Assembly (NCBI GenBank): GCA_038042445.1
Contig: JBBTED010000067.1
Span: 1-64,000 of the forward strand
Direction of reading: 5' to 3'
DNA length: 64,000 nt
Origin: Candidatus Firestoneibacteriota bacterium
GTDB taxonomy: Bacteria > Oederibacteriota > D2-FULL-39-29 > JBBTED01
In this document: positions 1 through 10,302 of the stretch, piece after piece
How positions within the stretch are numbered: position 1 is the stretch's first letter
Layout of the letters: each line of letters opens with the position of its first letter
The notes under the pieces: model-generated
What the model was told of the DNA's origin: nothing
What the model saw: only the letters and a program-made list of their open reading frames with translations
Databases searched by the model: none
Program-made: the position numbers and the translations under genes

Positions 1-2
1 GT

Positions 3-251
3 GGAAAAGGTGTAATCAATATCAAAACAAGTGATAGAAATGGTTGTGTGGTTGGAATTAAAGGAGTTATTGATGAGGACGAACTTATGGTGATAACAAC
101 TGCTGGAACAGTATTAAGGACTCGTGTGAAAGATATTCGTGCAAGTGGTCGTTCTACACAAGGAGTAAAAATTATAAGAACTGATGGCAAAGATAAAGTT
201 ACTGCTATAGCTAAGCTTGTTGCAAAAGATGAAGAAGAAGAAAGTCAGTAG
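3..251 (+). CDS. gyrA: DNA gyrase subunit A, C-terminal fragment (runs off window start)
   Basis: Open frame from base 3: GKGVINIKTSDRNG...GRSTQGVKII (GyrA beta-pinwheel blades) with acidic tail, ending TAG. Confidence 0.9.
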   Translation, partial: GKGVINIKTSDRNGCVVGIKGVIDEDELMVITTAGTVLRTRVKDIRASGRSTQGVKIIRTDGKDKVTAIAKLVAKDEEEESQ

Positions 252-1113
252 CATTAAGATATCTCTTGCACTTATTGCTACAACTTTAATATGGGGAACT
301 AATTACGTACCAACTAAGATAGCAGTAACAGAGATTGCTCCTATACATTTAGCTGCATTAAGATTTGCAATTGTAGGTTTTATTTTACTTGTTGTTTTGA
401 GGTTTTTCAAGCCTGAAACCCGCATAAAAAAAGAAGATATAATTCTTTTATTTACTTTGGGATTTGTTGGTATAACGTTGCAACAGATATTTTTTTTGTA
501 TGGAATGAAACATACTTTGCCAACCCACAGTGCTCTTATGGGCACACTAACTCCAATTTTTGTTTTTTTACTTGCTGTAGTAATGATAAATGAAAAAATA
601 ACAATTTTAAAAATTTCAGGAATTATTACATCCTTTATTGGCGTTTTTATAATATTGCATAGTAAAGGTTTGAAATTGGATAATAGATTTTTATTTGGTG
701 ATCTTTTATCGTTAGCGTCTGCTTTTGTATTTGCAGTTTATGTGGTATTATCCAAGCCTTTTCTTCTAAAATATGGATCTTTGTCTACTACTGCTTACAC
801 AACATTTATTGGTGGAATGTTGTTTATTCCATTTTTATTATTTGATAAAACAGGTTTTGACTGGACAACTGTTTCAACAAAAGTATGGATGAGTTTTGCT
901 TACCTAACAGTATTTGCTTCAGTTTTTGCTTTATCGTTGTGGTATTGGGTGCTTACATATATTGATACGACTAAAGCAGCAGTAACAATGTATTTTCAGC
1001 CTGTTATAGCTGCGATTTTTTCATATCTCATATATTCTGAAGAAATAAGCAAAAATTTGATTTTTGGTGGAATATTCATTTTACTTGGAATTTTTATAAC
1101 TGAAAAGGGATGA
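229..1113 (+). CDS. DMT/EamA family transporter
   Basis: About 10 TM segments in two EamA-like halves (IWGTNY...; FQPVIAAIFSYLI...E). ATG at 229 preferred over TTG at 217. Confidence 0.88.
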   Translation: MKKKKVSSIKISLALIATTLIWGTNYVPTKIAVTEIAPIHLAALRFAIVGFILLVVLRFFKPETRIKKEDIILLFTLGFVGITLQQIFFLYGMKHTLPTHSALMGTLTPIFVFLLAVVMINEKITILKISGIITSFIGVFIILHSKGLKLDNRFLFGDLLSLASAFVFAVYVVLSKPFLLKYGSLSTTAYTTFIGGMLFIPFLLFDKTGFDWTTVSTKVWMSFAYLTVFASVFALSLWYWVLTYIDTTKAAVTMYFQPVIAAIFSYLIYSEEISKNLIFGGIFILLGIFITEKG

Positions 1114-1137
1114 AAAGAGAAAATTTGCACATAAACA

Positions 1138-1166
1138 TTGACAAAAAATTATTAATAAAATAGAAT
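1138..1166 (+). promoter_or_regulatory. sigma70-type promoter
   Basis: TTGACA-N17-TAGAAT upstream of the ABC ATPase gene. Confidence 0.75.
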
Positions 1167-1252
1167 AAATTAAAATTAACTAACTGGGGGCCGGGCACTT
1201 TATGGTAAAGTGTATTTCCCTTCCTTGGTACGATATTAGGAGGATGATTTGA

Positions 1253-2359
1253 ATGGCAAAGGTAATAATTAAGAATGTTTCTAAAATCTTCTCTGGCAAT
1301 CCAAAGCCAGCTGTTGATAGTGTAAATATTGAAATAGAAGATAAAGAATTTGTTGTTTTGGTAGGTCCATCTGGTTGTGGAAAATCCACTACTTTACGTA
1401 TGGTGGCTGGTTTGGAAGATATAACATCAGGTGAAATATATATAGGTGACAGGTTAGTTAATGATGTTCCTCCGAAAGATAGAGATATAGCAATGGTTTT
1501 TCAGAATTATGCTTTATATCCTCATATGACAGTTTATGATAATATGGCATTTGGATTGAAACTAAGAAAATATCCAAAAAAAGAAATAGATGAAAGAGTA
1601 AAAGAAGCTGCAGAAATTCTTGGAATACAGGAATTATTGCATAGAAAGCCAAAAGCATTATCAGGCGGACAACGTCAAAGAGTGGCTGTAGGTCGTGCAA
1701 TAGTAAGAAAACCAAAAGTATTTTTATTTGATGAACCACTTTCAAATTTGGATGCAAAGATGCGAGTGCAAATGAGAGCTGAAATTATAAAATTGCATAA
1801 CAGACTTCAGGCTACTATGATGTATGTTACACATGATCAGGTTGAAGCAATGACAATGGGCAATAGGATAGTAGTTATGAAAGACGGTTTAGTGCATCAA
1901 ATAGGTGAACCGGTAAAAGTATATGACAAACCACAAAATAAATTTGTAGCAGGTTTTATAGGTAGTCCTGCAATGAATTTTTTTGATGGTACTCTTGAGA
2001 AAAAAGATGGTCAAATATTATTTAATGAAGGCATGATTACAGTTGCTATACCAGAGAATTTTATTCCTATTACCGAGAATTATGTAGGCAAAGAAGTAGT
2101 GCTTGGAATAAGACCTGAACATATAAATGATAGTGTGCTGATTACAAATCCAAAAGAGGGGTGGATAGTTCCTTCTATAGTTGAGGTTGTGGAACCAATA
2201 GGTGCAGAGGCTTATGTTTATTTTACTACAGGCAAAAATCCGTTTATTGCTATTGTTGAGGTGCATGATGCCATTAAGGTGAATCAGAAAGTTCAAATAC
2301 ATTTTGATATGAATAAATCGCATCTATTTGAAAAAGAAAGCGAAAAATCTATTTTCTAA
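1253..2359 (+). CDS. Carbohydrate ABC transporter ATP-binding protein (UgpC/MalK/MsmX type)
   Basis: Walker [18 protein letters not shown] signature, [12 protein letters not shown]-terminal OB/TOBE region; AGGAGG RBS. Confidence 0.95.
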   Translation: MAKVIIKNVSKIFSGNPKPAVDSVNIEIEDKEFVVLVGPSGCGKSTTLRMVAGLEDITSGEIYIGDRLVNDVPPKDRDIAMVFQNYALYPHMTVYDNMAFGLKLRKYPKKEIDERVKEAAEILGIQELLHRKPKALSGGQRQRVAVGRAIVRKPKVFLFDEPLSNLDAKMRVQMRAEIIKLHNRLQATMMYVTHDQVEAMTMGNRIVVMKDGLVHQIGEPVKVYDKPQNKFVAGFIGSPAMNFFDGTLEKKDGQILFNEGMITVAIPENFIPITENYVGKEVVLGIRPEHINDSVLITNPKEGWIVPSIVEVVEPIGAEAYVYFTTGKNPFIAIVEVHDAIKVNQKVQIHFDMNKSHLFEKESEKSIF

Positions 2360-2363
2360 AAAA

Positions 2364-3344
2364 ATGAGTCCGAATATTGCCTATGCTGTAGGTGTGGATT
2401 TTGGTGGTACAAATATAGTAGCAGGTATAGTAAATTCTAAAGGTAAAGTTGTTGCACGTATAAAAATACCTACTTGTGCAAAAGAAGGAAAAGCAAAAGT
2501 TCTTAATCGTATTTCACTTGCAATAAAAGAAGTTCTTGAAAAATTCAAAGGTGGCATAGGAAAAATAAAAGGAATAGGTATAGGTTCGCCTGGGCTTATA
2601 GATCACATTAGAGGGATAGTAAATGTTCCTCCAAATCTTCCAGGGTGGAAACATGTTAATTTAAAAAAATATTTAGAGGCAAAATTTCACAAACCTGTTT
2701 TTGTTGCAAACGATGTAAATGCAACTGCTTTGGGAGAAAGTGAATTTGGTGCTGGAAAAGGAGTTAAAAATCTAATTTGTATAACATTAGGAACAGGAGT
2801 TGGTGGTGCTATAATAATAAATGGTAAGCTTTATGTTGGAAGCCATCAATTTGCAGGTGAAATAGGTCATATGACAGTAGAAAGACACGGTTTAAGATGT
2901 AACTGTGGTAATATAGGGTGTATGGAAAGATATGTGGGATGTGGTTTTATCGCGGAAAGGGCAATGGCTGAGATAAAAAAAGGAGTGCAAACTAAAATTA
3001 CAGAACTTGTTGATGGAGATTTGGATAAAATAACGCCAAAAATTCTAACTGATGCTGCAAAATTGGGAGATAAATTGGCATTAAAAATATGGAATGAAAC
3101 AGGAGAATATCTTGGCATAACTCTTGCCAGTGTTGTGAACTTTTTAGACCCTGAGATGATAATAGTGGGTGGTGGAGTAGCACAAGCAGGCAAATATATA
3201 TTTGAGCCAACTAAAAGAGAAATTAGAAAACGCGCATATAAGTTTTTAACAAAAAGTCTAAAAATAGTGCCAGCTAAACTTGGAGAAGATGCAGGTGTTA
3301 TTGGTTCGGCGACATTAGTGTTAAAAAATAAGGGGGCGATGTAA
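2364..3344 (+). CDS. ROK family sugar kinase (glucokinase-like)
   Basis: GVDFGGT, NDVNATALGE, TLGTGVGG, GEIGH and CxCGxxGC motifs. Confidence 0.92.
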   Translation: MSPNIAYAVGVDFGGTNIVAGIVNSKGKVVARIKIPTCAKEGKAKVLNRISLAIKEVLEKFKGGIGKIKGIGIGSPGLIDHIRGIVNVPPNLPGWKHVNLKKYLEAKFHKPVFVANDVNATALGESEFGAGKGVKNLICITLGTGVGGAIIINGKLYVGSHQFAGEIGHMTVERHGLRCNCGNIGCMERYVGCGFIAERAMAEIKKGVQTKITELVDGDLDKITPKILTDAAKLGDKLALKIWNETGEYLGITLASVVNFLDPEMIIVGGGVAQAGKYIFEPTKREIRKRAYKFLTKSLKIVPAKLGEDAGVIGSATLVLKNKGAM

Positions 3345-4064
3345 ATGAAAAAATGTAAGATTTTAAGTCTGGTTTTAATTGTAGGGTTATTTCCTGCTAT
3401 GTCTTGGGCTTCAGATGTATATTCACTTGATACAGTAGATATGCCTACAGCTAATACAATGTTAAAAGGAATGTATAATTTTACACTTAAAATTTATGAA
3501 GGTGGAGGTATTGCAACAAAGGGATGGGTTAGTTTTGCTAATAGTTTTATGGTAGGAGCTTCATTTAATTTGGAAAATGTGGTAGGTAGAGGTGAGGTTA
3601 AAGGCAGAGAGCCAAAGCTTATTGCTAGATTGCGGTTTATAAATGAATCTGCGGGTTTACCGGCTTTTTCACTTGGATATGAGCCTCAGGGATATGGAGT
3701 GTTTGATGAAGCTATAGGTGAATATTCAAGTAAACCAATAGGTTTATATGTTGTTGCAAGCAAAACAATTTCGTTTTTTGAAGGATTACAGTATAGTGTA
3801 GGTGCAGGTAACAGAAATGTATTTAAAGATTTTCAGGCTTCAAAAAATCTTGATATATTTTTAGGTGGAAGTTTATCTTTAACAAATGAACTTGCTCTGT
3901 TAGCTGAATATGATGATATTTTCAAAGATACAAATATTTTTAATTTTGGAGTTCGATTTGCATTTTCCTCAAATTTAACACTGGAACTAGATTTCAAAAA
4001 TCTTACCAAGGGGATTCAAGAAAATACACGAACACTTCGTATACACTATACGGATTCATTTTAA
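3345..4064 (+). CDS. Secreted putative outer-membrane beta-barrel protein (YjbH-like)
   Basis: Signal peptide, DMPTAxxL start, alternating beta-strand pattern, terminal Phe. Confidence 0.6.
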   Translation: MKKCKILSLVLIVGLFPAMSWASDVYSLDTVDMPTANTMLKGMYNFTLKIYEGGGIATKGWVSFANSFMVGASFNLENVVGRGEVKGREPKLIARLRFINESAGLPAFSLGYEPQGYGVFDEAIGEYSSKPIGLYVVASKTISFFEGLQYSVGAGNRNVFKDFQASKNLDIFLGGSLSLTNELALLAEYDDIFKDTNIFNFGVRFAFSSNLTLELDFKNLTKGIQENTRTLRIHYTDSF

Positions 4065-4100
4065 AAAAATAAAAAGCGTAGGGTGAAAAATGTAAAACCT

Positions 4101-4162
4101 GTCATTCTGAGGCAAAGCCGAAGAATCTCAGTTTAGAGATTCTTCACTTCGTTCAGAATGAC
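4101..4162. repeat. GTCAT-type REP doublet (GTCATTCTGAG...CAGAATGAC)
   Basis: Inverted arms gtcattctga/tcagaatgac and gaagaatctc/gagattcttc. Confidence 0.85.
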
Positions 4163-4177
4163 CTTTCAGGTCATATT

Positions 4178-5155
4178 ATGGCGACTAATGGAATGGAATT
4201 TGAAAAGGCTATTGTTCAGCTTGAAAAAAAGATAGAAGAGCTGAGAAAATTTACAGATGAGAAGAAAATAGACTTTTCAGAAGAGATAAAGAAATTAGAA
4301 ACAAAAGCTGAAGAATTAAAAAAAGAAGTATACCAAAATTTAACAGCATGGCGTAGAGTTTTGGTTTCGCGTAATTTAAATAGGCCACGTACTCTTGACT
4401 ATATTTCAAGAATTTTTGAAGATTTTCTTGAATTACACGGGGATAGAGCTTTTAGAGATGATCCTGCAGTAATTGGTGGTTTGGCAAAATTTGAAGGAGA
4501 GTCTGTAGTAATTGTAGGTTTTCAAAAGGGAAAAGATACGAAAGACAGTGTAGTTAGGAATTTTGGAATGGCTAATCCTGAGGGTTATCGCAAAGCAATA
4601 AGATTGATGAAAATGGCTGAAAAATTTCAAAGACCCATAATATCATTTGTAGATACTCCTGCTGCTTATCCTGGTATTGGCGCTGAAGAACGCGGTCAGG
4701 CTTTAGCTATTGCAGAAAATTTAAGAGATATGTCTGCTATATCTGTACCTATTATTGTAATAGTTCATGGTGAAGGTGGAAGTGGTGGTGCACTTGGAAT
4801 AGCTATTGGCGACAAAATATTTATGCTTGAAAATGCAGTGTATTCTGTGATACCACCAGAAGGTTGTGCTGCTATATTGTGGAAAGACAGCAGTAAAGCA
4901 GAGCAAGCTGCTGAATTTTTAAAGTTGACATCCAAAGATCTTTTAAAATTTGGTGTTATAGATGCAATTATTCCAGAGCCTCTTGGCGGTGCACATAGAA
5001 ATTATGATAAGGCAGCAGAGGAGATAAAAAAAGTAATCAAAGAAAATTTGGCTGAACTAAAACTTTTATCAAAAGATGAATTAGTTAAAAAACGTTATTT
5101 AAAATTCAGAAAAATGGGAGAATACACGGTAAAACAGACTATAACTACAGACTAA
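4178..5155 (+). CDS. accA: Acetyl-CoA carboxylase carboxyltransferase alpha subunit
   Basis: ELHGDR, RNFGMANPEGYRKA, AEERGQ, GEGGSGGAL motifs. Confidence 0.97.
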   Translation: MATNGMEFEKAIVQLEKKIEELRKFTDEKKIDFSEEIKKLETKAEELKKEVYQNLTAWRRVLVSRNLNRPRTLDYISRIFEDFLELHGDRAFRDDPAVIGGLAKFEGESVVIVGFQKGKDTKDSVVRNFGMANPEGYRKAIRLMKMAEKFQRPIISFVDTPAAYPGIGAEERGQALAIAENLRDMSAISVPIIVIVHGEGGSGGALGIAIGDKIFMLENAVYSVIPPEGCAAILWKDSSKAEQAAEFLKLTSKDLLKFGVIDAIIPEPLGGAHRNYDKAAEEIKKVIKENLAELKLLSKDELVKKRYLKFRKMGEYTVKQTITTD

Positions 5156-5160
5156 ATTAT

Positions 5161-5766
5161 ATGCATAAAATTGCTGTTTTGATTTCAGGAAGAGGTTCAA
5201 ATCTTTTGGCTATAATAAATGCTATTGAAGAAAAAAAGCTTGAGGTTGATATTGCTGTAGTGATAAGTGATAAGAAAGAAGCTAAAGGTTTAGAATATGC
5301 CCAAAAACATAATATAGAAACAGTTTTTCTGGATCCTAAAAGGTTTTTATCTCGCGAAGAATATGATAAAGAGATGTCAAGAATAATTGAGGAAAAAAAA
5401 GTAGATATTATATGTCTTGCAGGTTTTATGAGAATATTGTCATCTTGTTTTGTGAATAAATATAGAGGTAAATTGATAAATATTCATCCTTCGCTTTTGC
5501 CTTCATTTCCAGGTGCACATGGCCAAAGAGATGCTTTGGAATATGGAGTTAAAATCTCAGGTGTTACTGTGCATTTTGTGGAAGAAGGGATGGATACGGG
5601 GCAAATAATAATGCAACTTGTAGTGCCTGTTATGGAAGATGATACAGAAGAACTTTTAGCAAAACGAATACTTGCCCAAGAGCATAAAATATATCCTGCT
5701 GCAATTAAGTTATTTATTGAAGGTAAGCTTGAGATTTGTGGTCGACGTGTAAAAATCAAAAAATAA
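5161..5766 (+). CDS. purN: Phosphoribosylglycinamide formyltransferase
   Basis: SGRGSNL, LAGFMRIL, NIHPSLLP, GVTVHFV motifs. Confidence 0.97.
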   Translation: MHKIAVLISGRGSNLLAIINAIEEKKLEVDIAVVISDKKEAKGLEYAQKHNIETVFLDPKRFLSREEYDKEMSRIIEEKKVDIICLAGFMRILSSCFVNKYRGKLINIHPSLLPSFPGAHGQRDALEYGVKISGVTVHFVEEGMDTGQIIMQLVVPVMEDDTEELLAKRILAQEHKIYPAAIKLFIEGKLEICGRRVKIKK

Positions 5767-5810
5767 TATTACCCACGCATCAGTTCGTTTTAGATGGACG
5801 GTGAGGGGTT

Positions 5811-6980
5811 TCATTTACGGACAAAAAATAATAATATTAACCCTAATGCTCCAAATACAATATTTCCCATCCATGTTGAAAGCAAGGGGTTCATTGTGCT
5901 TTTACCTAATGCAAGTCCTATTGCAATGCTTCCCCAATATGCAAATCCAATAGCAATACTTAATGCAAAACTTAAAATCAATCCACCTCTTGAGCCTGTC
6001 CATAGGGCAAGTGGTATTCCAAGTAGGACTAAAATAAAGTTTGCGAATGGAAAAGATGTTTTTAAAAATAAATTAGCTAATTCTTCTTTGAAAGTTTTTC
6101 CGCTACCCTTTAACTTTTTTATACGTTCAAGTAGTTGTATCATAGTTAATTCTTCCGGTTTTTTTGATATTGTGCAAAAATCTTCTGGTTTTTCGTAAAT
6201 AGGAAATGTTGTTTCTTTTAAATAGGTGACGTTTTCACTTAGTTCATTTGCAGTTGTGGTTACAGTTATTTCATTTTTAGATCCTTCGTCCGCCAAGGCG
6301 GACTCAGGATGACCCTTCGGGTCATTTTGTGTTACATAAGTAAAATTTCGGACGTAGACTTCTTTGAATATCCAGTTGTTTTCATTGTAAATGGCTTCTT
6401 TTGCATCTATCCGTTCAATTAAATCATTATTTTTGTTAAATGTATAAATTGATACATTATTCATTCTACCGGCTTCTCCGTCAAATCGCTTAATATAGAA
6501 AAACCAATTACTTGAATTTATATATGCAAGATTATCTCTTGTTCCAATAAAATATGTTTGGGATTTAAGTATTTCGACTTGTTTTATTTCCTTAGCTTTA
6601 GTATTACTGAAAGGAATAACAGTTTCACCTAAAAGTATAGCCACAATGCTAATTATGAAAGCGCTTACTAAAATAGGTGCTACAATTTGGTATGTATTCA
6701 TTCCACCAACTTTCATAGCGGTTAGTTCATTGTGTTTTGATAATATACTTAAAAGAAATATTGTAGAAAGTAATACAGAAACAGGCATTACCTGTATTAT
6801 GATGTAAGGTGTCTTATATAAAAAATATTCAAGCGCAATTAAATAGTTTACTTTATGTTCAATTAGCATTCTTAAGCTTTCAAATATATCAGTTGAAAGT
6901 ATTATTATTGTAAAACTTGCAATGGCAAATATGAGCAGTTTATGAAACTCCTTTGCTATGTAGCGGGTTATAACTTTCAT
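5811..6980 (-). CDS. lptG: LPS export permease LptG-like (LptF/LptG family)
   Basis: MKVITRYI start overlapping the lptF stop (ATGA), NELTAMK motif, 3+3 TM layout, WMGN near the C-terminus. Confidence 0.85.
   Translation of the reverse strand: MKVITRYIAKEFHKLLIFAIASFTIIILSTDIFESLRMLIEHKVNYLIALEYFLYKTPYIIIQVMPVSVLLSTIFLLSILSKHNELTAMKVGGMNTYQIVAPILVSAFIISIVAILLGETVIPFSNTKAKEIKQVEILKSQTYFIGTRDNLAYINSSNWFFYIKRFDGEAGRMNNVSIYTFNKNNDLIERIDAKEAIYNENNWIFKEVYVRNFTYVTQNDPKGHPESALADEGSKNEITVTTTANELSENVTYLKETTFPIYEKPEDFCTISKKPEELTMIQLLERIKKLKGSGKTFKEELANLFLKTSFPFANFILVLLGIPLALWTGSRGGLILSFALSIAIGFAYWGSIAIGLALGKSTMNPLLSTWMGNIVFGALGLILLFFVRK
6279..6325. repeat. REP palindrome inserted in frame within lptG
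   Basis: Minus strand reads GTCATCCTGAG-TCCGCCTTGGCGGA-CGAAGGATCT, the same family as 17269-17293; translated as PKGHPESALADEGS. Confidence 0.8.
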
Positions 6981-8125
6981 AGGATTTTTATCTGTAATAT
7001 TTGTGAAAATGGACGCTCTAAATACATATGTAATAATAGAACAATTCCGACTATTCCTAATGTAATATTGGGCAGCCACATTCCAAGCCACGGAGCAATT
7101 TCTCCCTTATCTCCCATTGTTTCACCTAATATTAGTACAAGATAATAAATAAAAATTAATAACAAGCTTATGCCGAAACTTACCCCTTTACTTCCTTTTT
7201 TTAATCTGCTGGCAAGAGGTATGCCTATTAATGTGAAAGTCATACATGCAAATGGGATAGATATTTTTTTATGAAATTCCAATAGTAGATAATTTGTATT
7301 TAATCTGTTCTGTTTGGATTGGTGTATGCGTTTGTTTAAATCAGTAAGTCCCATTTCTCTGGGACTTATTGATTCACTTGATATATATCCGGGATTTAAT
7401 GTTTTGTTTATATCTAAATCTATATTATAAGAATCAAAAAATATACGTGTGTATTTATTGGAATCTTTACTGTTTATATAATGTATTATTCCATTATTTA
7501 GTTTGAGCATGACTTGTTTGCCTACTGTGTCAGACATTAAAACAGCGTTTTGTGCAGTTATAGTATGGAATGGTTGGCCATTTTTTTCAAAGCAAAATAT
7601 AAGGGGGTTTTTTAGTTCACCTGTCAAGTCATTCTTTTTTTCAACATAAAGTATATAGCCATCAAATTCTGTAATAAACAGTCTTTCTTGCATTGCAATT
7701 GAAGCTTTTTTTTGAACTATTTCATAATATAAATTTTTGAATGATGAATTTGCAGATGGTAGAACTGTTTCATTAAAATATATCATTAATAGACTTAAAA
7801 TTAAGCTGAGTGCAATAGCAGGATTTGCTATTTTTAGTGGATTAATGCCACTGCTTTTTATTGCAGTTAGTTCGTTGTCTGTAGATAATCTTCCATACGC
7901 CATAAGTATTGCCATAAGTAATCCCATAGGTACAGTTATTGCCAGAAAAGATGGCAGTATATAAATGAATAGCCGCGATACCGTAAAAAAAGGCACACCT
8001 TTATTTATGATTAAATCTACTAAGTCAAAAATTTTGTCCATAAGAAGTACGAATGTAAAAATAAAAAGTCCCAGGAAAAAAGGTTCCGATATTTCTCGTA
8101 TTATATAATTTTTTAATATTTTCAT
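6977..8125 (-). CDS. lptF: LPS export permease LptF
   Basis: MKILKNYIIRE, GRLSTDNELTAIKSSG, EFHKKISIPFAC, WLPN motifs. Confidence 0.88.
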   Translation of the reverse strand: MKILKNYIIREISEPFFLGLFIFTFVLLMDKIFDLVDLIINKGVPFFTVSRLFIYILPSFLAITVPMGLLMAILMAYGRLSTDNELTAIKSSGINPLKIANPAIALSLILSLLMIYFNETVLPSANSSFKNLYYEIVQKKASIAMQERLFITEFDGYILYVEKKNDLTGELKNPLIFCFEKNGQPFHTITAQNAVLMSDTVGKQVMLKLNNGIIHYINSKDSNKYTRIFFDSYNIDLDINKTLNPGYISSESISPREMGLTDLNKRIHQSKQNRLNTNYLLLEFHKKISIPFACMTFTLIGIPLASRLKKGSKGVSFGISLLLIFIYYLVLILGETMGDKGEIAPWLGMWLPNITLGIVGIVLLLHMYLERPFSQILQIKIL

Positions 8126-8140
8126 ATTTCGTAGTCCCTT

Positions 8141-8172
8141 TTACTCCCCTTTAATAAAGGGGGGAGGGGGGA
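8141..8172. repeat. CCCCTTTAATAAAGGGG palindromic repeat
   Basis: Near-identical copy at 56380-56414; degenerate copy near 40855-40890. Confidence 0.75.
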
Positions 8173-8178
8173 TTTTTA

Positions 8179-8243
8179 ATTATATAATTAAAATAGTTGT
8201 TTATCAAGCAATGTTTGACAAAAAAATAAGTATATAATAATAT
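8179..8243. promoter_or_regulatory. Back-to-back promoters for lptF and tsaD
   Basis: Minus strand: TTGATA(8207-8202)-N17-TATAAT(8184-8179). Plus strand: TTGACA(8215-8220)-N17-TAATAT(8238-8243). Confidence 0.6.
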
Positions 8244-8250
8244 ATATCTT

Positions 8251-9189
8251 ATGAATATACTTGGCATAGAGACATCTTGTGATGAAACTGCAGCATCAGT
8301 GGTTAAAGATGGAAAATTTATACTTTCAAACGTTATAGCTTCCCAAATTGATTTGCACAGTATGTATGGCGGAGTTGTTCCTGAGTTAGCATCTAGAAAA
8401 CATATAGAAGCTATTTTGCCGGTTGTCCGATCTGCATTAAAAATTGCAAAATTAACTCTTGATGACATACACGGTATTGCTGTTACTGGAAAGCCTGGGT
8501 TAATAGGTTCATTACTTGTTGGAGTAGAATTTGCAAAAGGTCTTGCTTGGGCAAAAAATTTGCCTTTTGTTGAAATAGATCATATTGAAGGCCATATTTA
8601 CAGTTGTTTGCTTAGTCATTCTGATATTAGATTTCCTGCTTTAGCACTTGTAGTTTCAGGTGGGCATACAGATTTAATATTAGTAAAAAAAAGAGGTGTA
8701 TATCAGATTCTTGGGAGAACCAGAGATGATGCAGTTGGTGAAGCATATGATAAAGTGGCGAAGTTTATGAATTTGGGTTATCCTGGTGGTCCTAAAATAG
8801 AGAAATTAGCAAAAGAGGGTAAAGTAATACATAAATTTCCAAGAGCAAAGATGAAAAATGATAGCCTTGATTTTAGTTTTAGCGGGTTAAAAACAGCCGT
8901 AGTGAATTTTCTACAGGAAAATAAAAAAGTTAACATTAAAGATTTGGCGTGTAGTTTTCAGGATGCTGCAAATCAGGCGTTAATTGAAAGAGTGATTGAA
9001 GCTTCAAAGAAGACAGGTGTTCAACGTGTTCTGTTGTGCGGAGGCGTATCAGCAAATATGACATTAAGGAAAACTTTAGAAGATATATGTGGAAAGCATA
9101 GTATTAAAGTATTTTACCCTTCATTAGAATTGTGCACCGATAATGCAGCAATGATAGCTGCAGTTGGGTATGATAAATTTAAGAAGTGA
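8251..9189 (+). CDS. tsaD: tRNA N6-adenosine threonylcarbamoyltransferase
   Basis: LGIETSCDET, GGVVPELASRKH, HIEGH, SGGHT, FSFSGLKT, CTDNAAMIA. Confidence 0.97.
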   Translation: MNILGIETSCDETAASVVKDGKFILSNVIASQIDLHSMYGGVVPELASRKHIEAILPVVRSALKIAKLTLDDIHGIAVTGKPGLIGSLLVGVEFAKGLAWAKNLPFVEIDHIEGHIYSCLLSHSDIRFPALALVVSGGHTDLILVKKRGVYQILGRTRDDAVGEAYDKVAKFMNLGYPGGPKIEKLAKEGKVIHKFPRAKMKNDSLDFSFSGLKTAVVNFLQENKKVNIKDLACSFQDAANQALIERVIEASKKTGVQRVLLCGGVSANMTLRKTLEDICGKHSIKVFYPSLELCTDNAAMIAAVGYDKFKK

Positions 9190-9245
9190 TAAAAATTACA
9201 TAGACAAATATGTAAAAATGTAGTATATTTATAAAAGATGATATT

Positions 9246-9288
9246 GTAGTTGCCCATTTATGGGCATTGCTGATAAATCAGCAACTAC
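9246..9288. repeat. GTAG-type REP doublet
   Basis: gtagttgcccatttatgggca...tgctgataaatcagcaactac: two hairpins with GTAG/CTAC feet. Confidence 0.8.
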
Positions 9289-9308
9289 ATAAATAGGGGG
9301 GTGGGATA

Positions 9309-10244
9309 GTGGTAAAAGTTAAAATGATTTTAGGGTTGTTTGCAGCAAGTTTTTTGGTTTGTACGCAAGTAGTTTGTGCAGAAGAATCTACAATGCAGAC
9401 TACAAATGTGCAAAAAGAAGGGCAAGCAGAACAAGGTGTTGTAGTTCCTGCACAAATAAATAGTGCAGAGCCTTTAACACTTGAACAGGTTGCAAATGTG
9501 GAAAAAGAAGGCCAGATGGAACTTGGGATAACAGATATTAGTTATGGTTATCAGAAATATACTACATCAGGAGTTACAGGTGAAAATACCTTTACAGATA
9601 TTAGAGTTCCGCTATTTGTCCGATATGGAATTATGTCTGATTTAGAGATAAAATTACTTGTTCCATATAGAAGTACAAAGTTTACGACTACACAGATAGG
9701 GGTGTCGGAAAGTAGTAATAGTGGGTTAGGTCAGGTATCAATAGGATTAAAATATAATCTTATTCCTGAATCCGATGATGTTCCCGGTATTTCAATTTCT
9801 GCAAGTTCTGAACTTCCAACTGCTGATGCAAAAAAATATCTTGGTACTGGCACAAATGTTTATGGAACTTTAATTATAGGAAAAGCAATAGAAGGTATTA
9901 ATGTTAATTTGAATGCAGGTTATGGTTATACAGGAGAATTTACAAATGCTTCTGATGCAAAACAGAATAATGGAGATGTTATTTACGGTGGATTAGCAAT
10001 AGGTTGTTCTATAGATGAATTTACTCCAATAATAGAAATTTCTGGAACCACAATCGGTAAAGCAAAAGTATCTGGAACTGAATATGCTACAAATGGAAAT
10101 ACTTTTGATGCTATTGCTGGTTTGCGGTACAAAATGGATGATTTAAAACTAAAATTAGGTTTTGTATATGCGCTTGGAGATGCTACTTATACAAGTTATA
10201 CATGGAAAGCTATTGGTGGAGCAACATATTTATTTAATTTGTAA
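9309..10244 (+). CDS. Outer-membrane beta-barrel transporter (phenol meta-degradation/Pput2725-like)
   Basis: Signal peptide; VRYGI...LLVPY, GLGQVSIGLKY, ELPT strands; ends YLFNL. Confidence 0.6.
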   Translation: MVKVKMILGLFAASFLVCTQVVCAEESTMQTTNVQKEGQAEQGVVVPAQINSAEPLTLEQVANVEKEGQMELGITDISYGYQKYTTSGVTGENTFTDIRVPLFVRYGIMSDLEIKLLVPYRSTKFTTTQIGVSESSNSGLGQVSIGLKYNLIPESDDVPGISISASSELPTADAKKYLGTGTNVYGTLIIGKAIEGINVNLNAGYGYTGEFTNASDAKQNNGDVIYGGLAIGCSIDEFTPIIEISGTTIGKAKVSGTEYATNGNTFDAIAGLRYKMDDLKLKLGFVYALGDATYTSYTWKAIGGATYLFNL

Positions 10245-10255
10245 ATAATAATTTT

Positions 10256-10279
10256 GTCATGCTGAATTTATTTCAGCAT
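10256..10279. repeat. GTCATGCTGAA-type REP
   Basis: gtcatgctgaatttatttcagcat; second copy at 32862-32887. Confidence 0.75.
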
Positions 10280-10302
10280 TTATAACAGGAGGTGGGTAAA
10301 AT

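Noticed and set aside
5770..5813. Possible IS-end remnant between purN and lptG
   Set aside because: Hairpin too degenerate and no second copy in the window.
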